From contig NC_045696.1 of NCBI RefSeq assembly GCF_009834535.1, forward strand, positions 108,874,001 to 108,938,000: DNA of 64,000 bases. Reading direction: 5' to 3'. Source of the DNA: Camelus ferus (lineage: Eukaryota). This document shows, one piece after another, positions 1 through 13,900 of the stretch. A program made the translations under genes and the position numbers. The first letter of the stretch is position 1; each line of letters starts with the position of its first letter. Below the pieces are notes generated by a model. That model searched no databases and had not been told where the DNA came from. It worked only from the letters and a program-made list of their open reading frames with translations.

Positions 1-140
1 AAACTGAGTCCTGATAGCGTCCTGGATCCAACCATGCCTGAATCCAGCATCACACTGTGCTTTGAACTGCATGGGCCAATAAGGTGTGTGTATATGTGTC
101 CATATGTATTGATTTCACTGTCACTCAAAACCAAAATAAC
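1..140 (+). mobile_element. MaLR (MLT1-type) LTR 3' fragment
   Basis: CTGGATCCAACCATGCCTGAA...GCCAATAA...CTGTCACT...AACCAAA pattern. Confidence 0.55.
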
Positions 141-189
141 CATGGATGTCGCCATAAGCTCAGGTTAGAGAGAAGAGAAAGTACTAGAC

Positions 190-340
190 TAGGGTGTTAG
201 ATAAACCTGGCTTCAGATCCCAGCACTGCCACACGCTAGCTCTGCGGATCTGAATGAGCCACTGAGGTTCCATAAGCCTCAGCTTCCTCATCATCAGAGT
301 GGACCTGATGATCTGTGAGCTCATGTATGAGAAAGCTCGG
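190..340 (+). mobile_element. MIR SINE
   Basis: ACCTGGCTTCAGATCCCAGCACTGCCAC...AAGCCTCAGCTTCCTCATC core. Confidence 0.7.
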
Positions 341-550
341 GCTCCTGGATTATTGGCTGAATCTGTGGCGTCTGTGCTCGATGCAATGGGAGACTGCAGC
401 ATCCTGGACGGAGAATTCACTCTAAGGAAAAAATGCTTTACGTTCACTATCCTGGGCCCTGTACAGGCAGGATGCACGGGGGAAGGGGCCCAGGAGGCCC
501 ACCGCATGATGCTCTCCTCCTGGGTGAAGAAGAGGCAGCACAGCCTGCTG

Positions 551-591
551 CCCTGCCCAGCCTACCCTGCCCAGCCTACCCTGCCCAGCCT
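551..591. repeat. Tandem repeat (CCCTGCCCAGCCTA)x~3
   Basis: Three consecutive 14-bp units read directly. Confidence 0.9.
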
Positions 592-899
592 GCTGCAGTG
601 TCGGATGAGAGCGGAGGTCTCTTCCACACCACGGACTGCGCCGGCTAGAGGTGCCAAAAAAGATGTCATCTGCACCACCACAGCCTTCCCCCCTATAAAA
701 TAAATGACCCCTACCCCCTCTCTCCAGGAAGGGGTAGAGAATTAACTATGAGCTCTACAAACTACTTTGTACTCCCTGTGGAGAGCCACTCTCTAGCTAT
801 AAGGGGGTGATTAATTTTATCTCTCTAAATGTCTCAGGATCATTTGCCAAAATGATGATTTATTATTTAGACAACCTTTATATTTCCAAGGGGCTTTAA

Positions 900-1950
900 A
901 ATCATTTAGAGTGGAGAGTGAAATAAAAATGATGAGGGCCCTGAAAAACAGGGCTAGCAAAGAAACACACAAGAAAGTGGGGGTTATTTATCTAGAAGCA
1001 GAGAAGGCAGATGAAGGTCACAGCCAGCATCATCAATTACACAGAGAGCAGTGCCGTGAGAAGCCCGAATGCTCCCCCAACGCGATGGGGGGAAAGAAAT
1101 GGGAAAAGCGACAGCACTGCATCCCAGCCGACTCAGGCTGGACATCAGGATGACAACACGAAGAACTTCCTGAACTTATGCCAGTCTCAAGTCCACATCT
1201 GAGAAATGTTTTCCATTACCTTCCACGGTGTAATACCATCTGGGGGAAATCTAATACAGAAAGGCAACGCAGATACAGTCAAAGAGACGCAACTTCATGG
1301 AAGGAAAAGATGAAAAAAGTGGTAGAAAATGGAGAGGACAAATGTAAGGCTTCTTTAAGAAAGAGAAAGAAATGGTGAACACTGTATCCCATGAGCCAAA
1401 CCACAGAAGGTAGGAACCGGAGAGTATTTATACACAGAAGAAATACGGCGGTCTCCTGGGATGATGAGTTGAGTAAGAACCACCAAACCCACCTCCTTTC
1501 CTGCTTGAAAGTTTTCCCGGGCCACTAAATCATGCTGTATCTAGATTTCAGTAAAGCCCTTCATGAAATGGTGGATCAGATGGAGACGCACAGGCCGAGA
1601 CAAGTACAAATTGGTAGATTCACAGCTGGCAGAGTAACACTCCCAAAGAGGGCCTCATGGAAGCAACATCTCCTGTGAGAGTCACAGGCTCAGTGCTCCC
1701 TGGCATTTTTACCAATCACTTGGATGAAACCCTACGAGGGACATTCATCCAATCTCAATTGCTGGGAGGCTCAGCCAAAACCAACCAGAGAAAATGAACG
1801 GTCTTGCTCATGGAGGTTCAAAGCCATCCCATCAGAGCTGGAGCAGATCCGGCCTGATTGGCATCTACGTTGCCAAACTGCAGACCAATGGCCAGGCTTC
1901 TGGAAATAACAGCAGATCCCTAAACCTTCAATGCACCCTCCCTACCACAG
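900..1950 (+). mobile_element. CR1/L3 LINE remnant (RT region)
   Basis: TATCTAGATTTCAGTAAAGCC (~1538-1558) gives YLDFSKA, the CR1 RT motif YLDFSKAFD. Downstream ATTCACAGCTGG and ATTTTTACCAATCACTTGGATGAA resemble CR1 WI.SW and IFINDLDE. Confidence 0.65.
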
Positions 1951-2104
1951 GATTCATCAACAGGCAGGCCACGGACTGTCTTCTGGTTTTGAAGGTCAAA
2001 GGCCTTGGGCTCCAGGCCCAACGCAGGACCAGTCACATGCCGTGACAGTGGTCACTGACCCCGGGCCTGTCTGGGTTTCATCTCACATGACAACTTCTAA
2101 GGGA

Positions 2105-2620
2105 TGCTTGTGTTCCCGTTACCTGCTGTGTGGAACAGTCGCCTTAGAAACGCAGCAGCTTGAGATGATAATGTTTCATTTCATCTCACAGTTCTGCAGG
2201 TTGGCTGGGTAGTTCTCACTGAGGGTCACTCAGAAGGTTGCAGATGTTGGCAGGGGCTGCAGTCACCTGAACCTCTCCCAAGCTTGATGCCCCAACACCT
2301 GGGAGCACACAGGGGCTGTTCCTGGAGCCCCTCCACGTGGCATCTCCATGTGGCTTGGGCATCTTACAACATGGCACCTGGGTTCCTAGCATGAGCATCC
2401 TAACAGCAAGAGTTCCCAGACATCCAGGTGGAAGCTGCCAGATGCTGATGACCTAGCTTTGGAAGATCAATCACTTCTGCCACATTTTATCAGTGGAGCA
2501 ACTCACCAAGACCAGTCCAGATACCAGGGGAGGGAACTCGGTTCCACACTGGCCCAGTCCCATCACTAAAGAGCATGTGGGTTGGGAGACGATGCCATAG
2601 CCATCTTTGAGCACCATCAT
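2105..2620 (-). mobile_element. MaLR MLT1-type LTR
   Basis: TCTCACAGTTCTGCAGGTTGGCTGGG...GGTGGAAGCTGC...TCACTTCTGCCACATT...GCCATCTTTG pattern. Confidence 0.7.
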
Positions 2621-5099
2621 CGGCCACAGCTTCTAACAACATGGAGCACTGAGAAGAGAGCGATGCCAACTGGCAAGACGACACGGTGTTACCATGTGTC
2701 ACACCTCAGGAACCAGACCTGGTGTTGTTCAGCCCCAGCAAATTCAGCATCTGGGCTCTACCTCCCAGTCTCCTTCCAGAAGCTCACTTACCTCCTAGTA
2801 CATGATCCCTGACTAGCCCTGTCTCACTGTCATCCTCACCCTGGTATGCCACGTAGATAGGAATTAATATCCTCCCCATGCTGGGCACACAAGGAACCAA
2901 ATACCCACTTAGTCAACTGCAAGATCCCAGGATTACAAAAAATAAAAAAATTTAAAAAAAGGAAGAAAAGAAAAACAAAAAAGTATTGTCCTTCTTGCAA
3001 ACAGTCAAAGAAAACTTTTAGGGAAGTCATGGTTTTTTTTTGATTATTGTGAGAATTTGCAGGCTGAAGCATTCAATAGTTCATCAAGCCCACGTATTGG
3101 CTCCAAATGTCAGTGTCTCCCCTTCAGAAAGCAGGGCCAGTGCTGGGGGAGGGGGGCAGAGAGCCTTCAGCACCTGTGCTAATGGATCATGTCTTACATC
3201 GGCCCCACCGCAGCTCCCCACGTCCCCGCTTGCTTGTCTCTCTGCTGTGGCAGGCATCTGTCTGTGACATCACAGCTGGTTGCCATGAAAACAGATGCTA
3301 TCACCAACTTCAGACTTCAGGCAATAAGATGCCTTTGCATTTACAGTTTCCTGAAAGGACATCAGCATGGACCTTCCGGTGTATGCTGGTCAATGGGAAA
3401 CTTATCACCTTCCTGAGTAGTCACTGACTTCCTTATTGCTGAGTGCCTCACGGGAAGAGTGGAAAGAACCCTGCCTGGGGCCCAGAAGAGGCTCTGGTGC
3501 GACCTTGGCCACGTTGGGTCTCGTGCCCAAAAGGGGCCAAGTGAAGCAGAAGAAACTCATCCTCAGCCCCACCCATCTCCTCCTCCTCCCCACTCCTTCC
3601 TTCCTTCCACCGCCCCCCATTTCCTTCCTTTCCACACTCCACAATCCAGGGCCTGACACTCCTCTAGTCCAGAAAGATCTCCCTCCCGCCATCCCTTTTA
3701 GCCTGGGTGAGCCAATCTGAGAAAAACCCACCTGGCTGCTCTGAATGGAGACACAGGTTCCGCACAGGGGCTTCCTTCCCTCCCAGAGTCAAAGCCCCAC
3801 CCAGAGACGTCTATAGGAGTGTTCTGGTCTTCCCCGGAACACCCTACTCCTTCCAATCCCCAAGTCCAAAGACACCTCCTGCAGCCTTTCCCTTCTCCCA
3901 GCGCAGGCTCCGCCCCCGCACCCCTACCCCATTCATCAAACCCACTGCGCACAAAAACCCCTCCCTTCCCGGAGAGCCTGGTCTGTTTTCTTCTGGAAAC
4001 TTCTCTCTGAATTTACTTCCTTCATTAAGGAGACAGGTGAGACCTTTACATCAGTGCGTACCTTCTCCAAGAGATTTAATGGGTTTTAAGCAAAAGCAAT
4101 GATCTGAGAGGCCACAGGCCCCGGGGCAAGTTAGTGGAGCCTTTCAACCCAGTGCTGTACGCTTGGGGGCACAAAGAACCAGTAAGCCAGGTGGTCCTGC
4201 TGGGGACAAGGGGTGGCCCAGGACACCCCATCTGGGTGCTTCTGCTTCCCTCCTGGCCAGATCTGAGGCCAGGGTGCAGGTCTTGTTTAGTCTAACTCCA
4301 GGGTGAACAGTCCAGGTGAGTTTATGCCAAGCCAAAGCTCCAATGTGCACTCCAATTCCCATGAATTCTGCCAGCACTTCTGAGAAGGACACATATCTCT
4401 TCCAAGGTGATTAGAAAAAAAAATCTTTTAACAGCAAAAGTCTGCTATTTAAAAACAGAAGGGTCCCTAATGTAACTTAGATCTGTCATCTTTGCAAAAT
4501 AAGGCAAAATTAAAAAGGCACCTGCTTTGGAGGGTTCATTAGAGAGAGGCAGGGAGAGGGTTCAGAAACGGTATGGAGTGATATCCGACAGCTTTGAGTA
4601 AGAGTCACGGGCATTCCTGAAGTGTCAGGGCCAGGTCCTGACTTTAGGAAGCAAATTCTTTCTCAAGAATGAGAAAGGAAAACATGCATGTTGGTTAGTG
4701 CCCCCACCACCATTCTGCACACACCATCAGCCTGTGACATCTCAGCTCACCCGCTGCCAGGTCAGAGGGAAAGGTGGCCAGCACTGGGGGTGAAGATGCC
4801 AGAGACCCAGGAAGCCTAGGCTGGAGGGTGTCTGTGAAGTCTGCCTATGGCTGGGGACCACCCTGAAGTCTCCTGTGTGGACACGTGGCCGGTGGGGACC
4901 AGCGGCGGGTGGGGACCAGCAGCTGTCGCTGTCGGGCCCCGAGGCTGCGTTCCAGGCAGGAGGGCAGTCGGAAGGAAAGGGTGTCTCTACCAGTTGAAGC
5001 AGTCCTTTCCACCAGGACCCACTCCCCAGCCGGCTTCTACACCAGTTCCCAGACAGCACAGGGCCCTGGAGACACCCTTTTCCCCCAACTGCCCCATTT

Positions 5100-5558
5100 T
5101 TTGATTTTCAAATTTTTTTAATTTTTATTGAAGTGTAATTTATTCACAATGCTGTGTTAGTTTCAGGTGTACAGCAAAGTGATTCAGTTCTATGTGTGTA
5201 TATATATGTATGTATTCTTTTTCAGATTCTTTTCCACTATGTTATTATAAGATATTAAATATAGTACCCTGTGCTATACAGTAGGACCCTGCTGTTTATC
5301 TATTTTACATATAGTAGTATGTATCTGTTAATCCCAAACTCCCAATCTGTCCCCCCAACCCCACCCCTTTACCCCTTGGTAACCATAGTTTGTTTTCTGT
5401 ACCTGTGAGTCCATTTCTGGTTTGTAGATAAAGCCATTTGTATCATTTTTTTAAGATTCCACATATAAATGCTTCTCTGTCTGACTGACTTCACTTCGTA
5501 TGATCATCTTTAGGTCCATCCATGTTGCTGTAAATGCCACTATTTCATTCTTTTGTAT
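5100..5558 (-). mobile_element. 5'-truncated L1 3' fragment (laurasiatherian/artiodactyl type)
   Basis: TTTATTGAAGTGTAATT...CCCTGTGCTATACAGTAGG...GATTCCACATATAA...GGTCCATCCATGTTGCT. Imperfect TSD CCAACTGCCCCATTT (5085-5099) / CCACTTGCCCCATTT (5559-5573). Confidence 0.88.
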
Positions 5559-8500
5559 CCACTTGCCCCATTTGAACACTGTCTTTCCCCTTCCCTTTAA
5601 CCAATGTTTTCCTGGAGATGCTGTCCAGAAGGAGCCATTCTGCTCTTAAGATGTGGCCTCCAATTCTGACCGCCCAACCTCCTTGCCTCCAGCTGTCCCA
5701 AACACAGGGCAAAAAGGGACACTCACTAGGACCCCAGGGGCAGGACGGACAACGCGAGCTGCCCCAGGCCCCCAGCTCCACGCTCCCCACCTCAACCTCT
5801 TTCTCCTAAAGAGAAGCATTGTTTCTGTTTACATTAGAACTTCTCACTCCTGAGAATCCTCAGAGAGAGAAGGGGGCACAGGCATCCACCTGAAACAGGC
5901 ACAGAGCCAGGCTGTGCCCTCAGTGCCTACGGTTTGAGAACATGTTTTCTTCTGAATTCAGTCTCCTGAATTCAGTGGTACACCATCTAGCCTTCCAGTA
6001 TTTTAGCTTTGGGGATTTCACATCTTGTCTTGCCCATTAGGGTTTTGCCCCCTTTCTTTCACCATCATTTTTATCCCTATCTTTAATCTTTACTTGAACC
6101 TCTTTCATTTTTCACTAACTCTTTCAAGCCATCAACCAGTTCCCTGGTTTTACCATTTTATTCTCACTTTTAATTTCCATACATTCTCAATTCTAACCCC
6201 TTTTCTTCACATGCAAAATCAGTCCCCTTTTACAGCTTATCTGATTTTTGCTCCTTTTTCCAGCAGCGGGAACAGCCGGTGTGAACGTTGTTCGGAGGTG
6301 GGAGCGTGGGGAGCCTCCGGAGGAGAGGAGGCAGCCGGCCTGGGGGGTGCGCTGCAGGTGGCCAGACAAACGTAAATAAATACAAAGCAACTACCAAGAA
6401 CCTGCTGTTGAAGAAGTACTCAGGCCCTGGTCTCTTGTCTCCATGTGGAATAATCTGGGTAATTTTTTGCCTTCGATCAGAGTCCAGCCTCCGGGATCTG
6501 AGAAGTTGCCCCTAAGCATCTCTTCCTCCACTGCATAAAGGCCAGTTTCTGGTGTAAATGCAGGAAGGAGGGAGGGAAAGGAAGGAAAGGAAGGGGTGAG
6601 GAAGGATGAAGAGAGGAAGGGAGGAAGGGATGTTCTGAGCCACCTGTCCCGTGCCTGGACTGCGCAGAGGCCGTGGTGTCACAGCAGGGACACTGCCACC
6701 TGCTCTCTAAACCTGTGTCCTCTTCCCAGACGGAAGCTCACTCCACTTCCCAGCTCGTGTCCAGTTGGGACCATGAGAGGAGAGGAAGTGATGTGTCATC
6801 TCCAGGCTGAGACAGATGAGGGCAGTGGGTCTCCTCCTCTATCAGTCCACTGGGTCCCCGCCACTGGTCTCAGTAGACTGTGACGTGAGACAGAACTCAA
6901 CCAGTATCTTGTCGAGTAACAGACTTGGAATCAGTTCTTACAGCAATTAGCTGACTCTGGCCAAATCAGAAATGGGCACCAGGGGTGTCCATCTGTCCTC
7001 TGAGCTGGGACCACCCTGGCCAGGCTCAGAGCAGGAGGTGGGGGAGGCAGGGATGGGCTAGGAAAGGAGACAGCAGTGCTCTTGGACGCCCGTCACAGGG
7101 AAGCCCCCAGCAGGGCAAGGAGGAGCGGAGCAGGGCTGCAGAAATCTGTAGGGCAGCCACCTTGCCCACAAGAAGTGTCCGAGCAGCCTGCGGGAGGCAC
7201 AGTGTGGGTGCAAGGCGGAGACCCAGCCCCACAAGCTCAGGAAGGGGGCTGGAAAGGGACACTTGGGGAGCCACCTGTTTGAGAAGTGGGTGAGTAGGAG
7301 CTCAGGTCTAGGGCCTCGAGAGATGTCTGTGAACCTGGCTAGATGAGGAGAGACCCTTGTCTGTCACCACGTCCTCCAGCCCTGGACTGGGTTGTCGGCC
7401 TGGATCCTTCATCGTGGGGATGACCGCTGGGCCTGCTGGGCCAAGGAGCTGACCCTGTCACCAGAACCAACTGCTTCCACTGTAATAGCAGAGGCAGCTT
7501 GCATTTCCAGCACACAGGCCAGTTCTGGGACAGGGCATCTCACACACAGCTCAACAGCCCCTCACTGGAGACCCCAGAGGGGAGGAAGCTGGACCCCATC
7601 ACCCTCGTTAGACAGGGAATAATGAGGTGGCCTTCCAAGACCACAGCAGCCGGTCCTCTGACTCCAGCATCACATCTCTGCTGGGGAGGCATGCCTTCAG
7701 TTTAAGGCCACAGAGGGCCCCCACATGGGCCCATCCAGCGTGACAGAGAAACAGGTGCCACCCAGCACCATGTGATCCTACCATATCCCCCGCCTCCGGC
7801 CATCTGTGTTCCTCCAGCCGAGCCACGAGCTGCGCTGGCCATGGGCCTGGGGACACAGCTGCGAAGAGCATCAGTGTGGCCCTTTACGGGATGAGAGCTG
7901 TGCAGACTCTCGAGTAGCCTGATGGGTATTCCCCCTGAGCACAGCAAGGCCAGGAGAGCACTCCCCAGTGCCCCCAGTTCCTGGGGCCACAGAGACGAGG
8001 TGTGTGTGAGCTGAGGCTCTAAAACTTTATTTTTCATTACGAAAAACAGGCAGCCAGCTCACAGGCCAAAATTTGAAGATTTGGTTTTTGAAGACATAGC
8101 ATTAAAATATTTATCTGGTTGCTGAGGGTTTGGTACCCCCTTAAATTCTCCTCTCACCCTAGCCCCAGCATGGTGCTTCCCTGTCCCTGCAAACTATAAT
8201 CCTGGTCTAATGAGAAAAAGTCCTGGAGACGGGGTGGGAAAGGGAGCAGGGGGCCACAGGCCCTCTCCTTACTCTGCTGGGGCTGCTGGGACTTTATCTT
8301 GACCTGCTCCTCAGAGGGTCAGTGATGTGGGAGGCCCTGCTGCCCGAGGCTGGGGTCCCTGGTCACACTGTGTGATGTCAGGCTGCTGAACCTCACCCCA
8401 GCACACCTGCCTGAGTATCAACTTTTCAGAGGCTATTGGAGCAGACAGGACGGAACCACACACCATCAATATATGGTCCACACAAGGTATTGGTAGGCAG

Positions 8501-8609
8501 GGGAAAGACTTAGAGATCAATCTTCCTGGAGGAGGTGGCCTGGAGGTCGGTGCTAAATGAAAAGAGACATTCAGGAGAAATAAGAATAATGGCTAAGCAG
8601 ATTATCCCA

Positions 8610-8740
8610 TTTACCTTTCACTACCATCTTAAGAGGTAAGGACTGCCACCCCCACTTATCAGACGAATAAACTGAGGCACAGAGGGGTTACGTAAGCCGA
8701 GGTCAGAATAGGAATTGCAATTCAGGTTTGTCTGACTAAC
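8610..8740 (-). mobile_element. MIR SINE
   Basis: CCCACTTATCAGACGAATAAACTGAGGCACAGAGGGGTTA core. Confidence 0.65.
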
Positions 8741-9249
8741 GGTCTACAAAAGTGCTTCAGAAAAAATAAGAATTCTATCCGTACAGGAAGCAATTCAGGA
8801 AAATCTGGGAGACGAGATAAAGGACCAGGTACAGAGGATGTGGTTGCTGGCTCCATCACTTACCTCTGGCTGTTACCAAATTTTGCTAAGTTTCAATTCC
8901 CAACCACACCCCCCCTAAATATGTACTGATAAATAAATACAGTAAGATATTAACAGTTGTTGAATCTAAGTGATCATCTGTGGATGTTTGCTGCACTATG
9001 ATTTTTCTTTATTTTCAGAAATATTCATATTAAATTGGGAAAAAACAAAATGTCCCCAGGTCAAAATTGATATATGACCCCATCAGAAAAAGTCCCTGGC
9101 ATGAAAATGTCTGAATAAAAATAGCTACGTCTAACAGCTGCACCAACCCTCTCGCGGCGCTGTGAGAATACAAATTGGTTCAGCCTTTTCAGAGGGGTAA
9201 CTTGCAACATCCATCAAACTTTTAAACAAGACACACGTTTTTAAATAAC

Positions 9250-9720
9250 CTAAAATAATGCCATTTGCAGCAGTAGGGATGGACTTGGCAATTGCCATTT
9301 TAAATGAAGTAAGCCAGAAAGAGAAAGAAAAATACTGTATGATATCACTTATATGTGGAATCTAAAAAGAAACAAAAAGGACACAAATGAACTTATTTAC
9401 AAAACAGACACAGATTCACAGACATAGAAAACAAACTTGTGGTTATGGGGGCGGGGGAGCAGGTGGGAAGGGATAAATTGGGAGCTGAGGATTTGTAGAT
9501 ACTACTATGTATAAAATATACAAGGTCCTACTGTACAGCGCAGGGAACTATATTCAATACCTTGCAGTAGCCTATAATGAAAAAGACTATGAAAAGTAAT
9601 ATATATATGTATAACTGAATCACTATGCTGTACACCAGAAATTAACACAACATTGTAAATCGACTATACTTCAATTTTTTTAAAACTTTTAATAGAACAG
9701 AAAAAAATAAAATCTCCCCA
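9250..9720 (+). mobile_element. L1 3' fragment (ORF2 end plus 3'UTR), artiodactyl type
   Basis: AATAATGCCATTTGCAGCA...GAAGTAAGCCAGAAAGAGAAAGAAAAATAC...GTGGAATCTAA, related to the 3' end of the full-length L1; ends GACTATACTTCAA. Confidence 0.85.
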
Positions 9721-9734
9721 AATTAAATTAAATT

Positions 9735-10160
9735 AAAAAAATTGTAGCAATCATACAGGAAAGTTGCATGAACAGAACAAGAGAAGCCCCGTAGAGCCTT
9801 ACCCAGACTCACCAATTTTCAACATATTTTGACATTTACTTTTTTGTTCTCTTTCTACATGTGTATTCTATAGTCTATTAGAATATAATATATTGTATTC
9901 TAATAGGCTATATATATATATATTTTAAAGGATATTATCTTATTTGATGACAATCCAATTGTTAAATTTGGAAATTTTAACATTTTTATAATACTTTTAT
10001 CTAATGAGACCCCTCTTTCCTTAATTTAGGGAGTTCGTTGTCAATTGTCCAAATACTGTTCTTTAAAACAATTTTTTTTTCAATACAAGATCAATAAAAG
10101 ATCATGTGTTATATTTACTTGTCGTCTTTCTTTAGTCTTCTTTAATCTGGAGCTATTCCT
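9735..10160 (-). mobile_element. Old L1MC-like 3' UTR fragment
   Basis: TACAGGAAAGTTGCA...ACCCAGACTCACCAATT...GTCTTCTTTAATCTGGA resembles an antisense L1MC 3' end. Confidence 0.55.
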
Positions 10161-10929
10161 TTAAAAAAAAAAATCAACAAAAGGTTTGTTAAATTGCTTA
10201 AAGAGGCCACTCCCCTCATGCAAAAGTTTTAGAGTCTGGGACTCCTGGTCAAGGCAGGGATGAATTCAATCAGGGGGACGCAAGGCCTGAGATTCTGCAT
10301 TTCCAAGTGGCAAACGGGCTTACCTGCCCACACCCCGGTTCACAGACCACACCCCGAGTGTTAAGACCACAGAAGACAGCTGTGAAAGCTGGTCCAGACC
10401 ATCGCAAAAAGCATCTTGCTTTCCTCTAGGTGAACCTTTGTTGGCAATGTCAGCTGGGCCCTGGGACTCAGGAAGCCACAGTGATGCTGAGTCTTTCCTC
10501 ACAGGAAAGAAAAGTCTTTCCTGGGCTTTCCGGAGCCAGGAGATCCGAGACAGAGGGGTACAGGTCACAGAAACAGGCCCAGGGCTGGGAAGCCTGCCTG
10601 GAAGGGAAGTGGATGTTCTGCCTCTCCTACCAGTAAGAACCCTCTATTTCCTTCAGTAGGTACCCCCTCCTTCAGGAAGCCATCCTGGTTATCCTAGCCA
10701 CTTCAATCTCTCCGTTCTCTGACGACCTACTGCACCGACCTGGCTGTGCCACTGAGCACTCACTTGACCGTAACTGCTGTTCCATGCACTTGCCCTTCCT
10801 TTTCCACTGCCATGCCTCAGCTTCTGCTACTTCTCCTGTGACAGCACCCCACCACTCTCCATCTCCACATGTTCAAGCTGCAGTTTATTCCTGAGCTTCC
10901 CCTAAAATAGATCCTTTCAAGGGTGGCTC

Positions 10930-13900
10930 CTTTTCAGAACCAATTATCCAATCAGATTCCTGAATATGAACCCTGAACCATTAATTCAGGTCTCTCTACC
11001 CAGCTCCAGGTGTGGTGGTCTTGTCTTCACAATGAGATCTAGGTTTCCTATGCTGCTGTCGCTTTGTTTGATACGAGTCCCTGGTTTTATGCCATGGTGG
11101 CTCCAGCATCTCTCCCTGAGTGACAGTGTGCAGTGTGATAGGGACCCAGGCCGTCCATCCATCCATCCGTCCATCATTTCCCAAGTGCCTCTTCTGGGCC
11201 AGGTCCTGGGGTGGAAATCCCAGGGGGCCCTCAGGTAGCGGGGCTGCCTGCCCTGCCCAGAGCCAGAAGTGACGCAGTGCCAGCAGCACCTTTGCTGGCG
11301 GGCACTAGAGGTGCTTGTGAGATGTGCCTTGGGGCCCAACTGAGCACATCGATTTTTGATGACACACGGCAGGCTTCCACATCCTCGTCATGTGTCACCT
11401 TCCCCCTGATTACAGTGATCACTGATCATCACCATGAAAATAACAGCAAATGCAGCTGAAGGAGACTGAGAAGTCTGTGGAATCCTGCATTTGTCATCTA
11501 AGTTCAGAACTGAGCCAAAGTCATTCTCCACGGCTTGGATGCAGCACGAACTGGAAGGGCTGGGAAGTCTCTCAGGACTGAGTGTGGCCAGAAGAAAGGT
11601 AACAAGCCACCTGGGTGCCCTCTCGAGCTGGCTGGGTGACTAGCCTTCATGGGGCATCCTGTGAAGATGAACCACACTTTTCTCCTTAAAAAGAAAATGC
11701 CAAACCAAAAGATCCCTGTCAGAAGACAGCCCCCTCCCCGCCACCGGAGAAGCAGGATCCAAAGGGATGTCTGCCTGATTTTGCTGCCACCAGCATGGAG
11801 GCCCGGCTCCTCCTGCAACTCTGGGTTGGGGCAGTGCCCAGGCTCTCCCCCGCCCCGCCCTTTATACCCAGGAATGTGGTGGAGACAAGCTTGGAATTGA
11901 GGGGTGACACGTGGGAAATAAACACAGGGTAACACAGTCCTGGACCACCTGAGTTATGGACTACAGAAGAGGCTCACACTCTCCCACTGCAAGAGCCCAC
12001 CGTCCAAGGTCCTGGCTCTGGTCTGGGGATGCACTGCTTCCCTGATAACTGACAACCACTTGTTGAGATGGTCATGGCCCACCCCTATCCCACCTCCAGG
12101 AATGAGACCCAGCAGGTGCCAACCTATGGTCTTCTCAGCACAACATGGCAACCCCACAGTCCAGCCGTAGTAGGGGTGAGGTTCCTCTGTCATCACCAAA
12201 CAACCACACCAGTAAGAATGGACCCAAAACAGACAACTTAACCACCAAAAAATGGACAAAGAAGCTGACCATCTCTTTCACCAAAGAATATGCACAAATG
12301 GCTAAGAAGCACATGACAAGGACATCATTAGCTATCAAAAAGTACAAGTGAAACCATGGGATGCCGCCACGTACCCCCCAGAAGGGTTAACATTCCAAAG
12401 ACTGACACTAACAACTGCTGGCGAGGATGTGGAGCAACGGGGACTCCCACACTGCTGATGGGAACGCGAAATGCCTGAAAACCAAACTGGCAATCTCACA
12501 TAAAAATAGTCACGGTTACTGTATTATCCAGCAATTCCGCTCTTAGGTGTTCACCCAGGGGAAATGAAAACCCATTTTTCATTTTGTGTCTTCACAAAGA
12601 CACGTACTCAAACATTCACGTTATTGATAAAAGCCAAAAACTAGAAATTAGAAGGAAATGGCCACTCGTTGTTGAAAGGATAAAGCAAGCATGGGTATCA
12701 ATGAGATGGAACACTTCTCAGCAATAAAAAGGAAGGAACCACAGACATGGGAGAAGATGCATCTGAAATGTATTAGCTGAGTGAAATGAGCCAAGCAGAA
12801 AAAGACTGCACACTCTACAATTTCATTTGTGTGAAATTCTAGAAAAGGCAGACCTGTAGAGCCGGAAATCAGATCAATGGTTGTCAGAAGGCAAGGGAAG
12901 AGGGATAAAGGAAGGGGATGACACAGAAGGGATGAGGGTGATGAAAATATTCTATGTCATGTTTGTACGGTGGCTACGCACCCATATTCATTTGTCAAAT
13001 CTCACGGAATTGTACACCTAAAATCAGTGAATATTACTGTATGCACACTATACCTCAAGAAAGCTTATTTATTTAAGAAATGGACTGAGATTCCAGGAAC
13101 TATTTTCAAATCTGGTGAATTCAGTTAAGTATGGGCTAGCACAGCCATGCTTGTCAAAATACAGAAATCTTTCCACACTTACCGGTGAATCACCACTGCC
13201 TGATTCCGGTTAGCCTTATGCCTCATGCCTGAACTGGACCCCCGAGACCACCCTGGAACCCAGCAACTAAAGGCTAATCCCAGCCAGCAGGGGCCCTCCT
13301 GGACCAGCTAAGGTGGACATCTTCTCAATTGGCCAGTGCCACTCCTGGTAAAAGTTGAGTGGAGAAACAGATGGTGCCAAGCTGTGCTCTAACTCAGGGG
13401 AGGGTTGGCTAATTTGCTGCCAGGGTTATGCCGTTAAGATTGTGCTTTCTGAACAAGAACGCAAATGATTCTTGGGGGAAGAGGGGAGGACTGTGAAAAA
13501 TCTTAGCTATCATGATGGTTTGTGGCCCCTCCAAGAGCCTCAGTACATAAAGAGAGGTATAGTACATCTGCGGTATTAACATTTCACAGGGGATGGTAGG
13601 AGTGGTCAGGAAAAAAATGTCTACAAAGGCTCCTGTGGGGCAGGGGATGGGGGAGGGTTGGACAATGAGAATAATGTTGGGAACACTGGTTCAGCTGCAG
13701 GACTCTGTGACAGAGAGCCATGACACCATAGAGCCAGCCTGCATCCAAGCGTGGAACTCCCCCCTGATGGGTTTCCCTACGCTCTGGGACACCATCTTTG
13801 GCACTGTTAGGTATAGCATTGTGAGCTGGGAGGATGCCTGACGGACGAAGTGGCCACATGAACTCCTGTGATCCTTCTTTACAGGACACGCTGTCATGGG

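Noticed and set aside
11846..11870. TATA plus GC box (GGGTATAAAGGGCGGGGCGGGG, minus strand) as an internal promoter
   Set aside because: The GC box is downstream of the TATA, there is no CpG island, and it lies inside the putative TE fossil; no further support.
13290..13322. Plus-strand GALL..AKVDI, resembling the DIRS RT motif GALMAKADI
   Set aside because: Opposite strand to all other DIRS-like motifs, so not counted as evidence. It also shows that such short matches can arise by chance.
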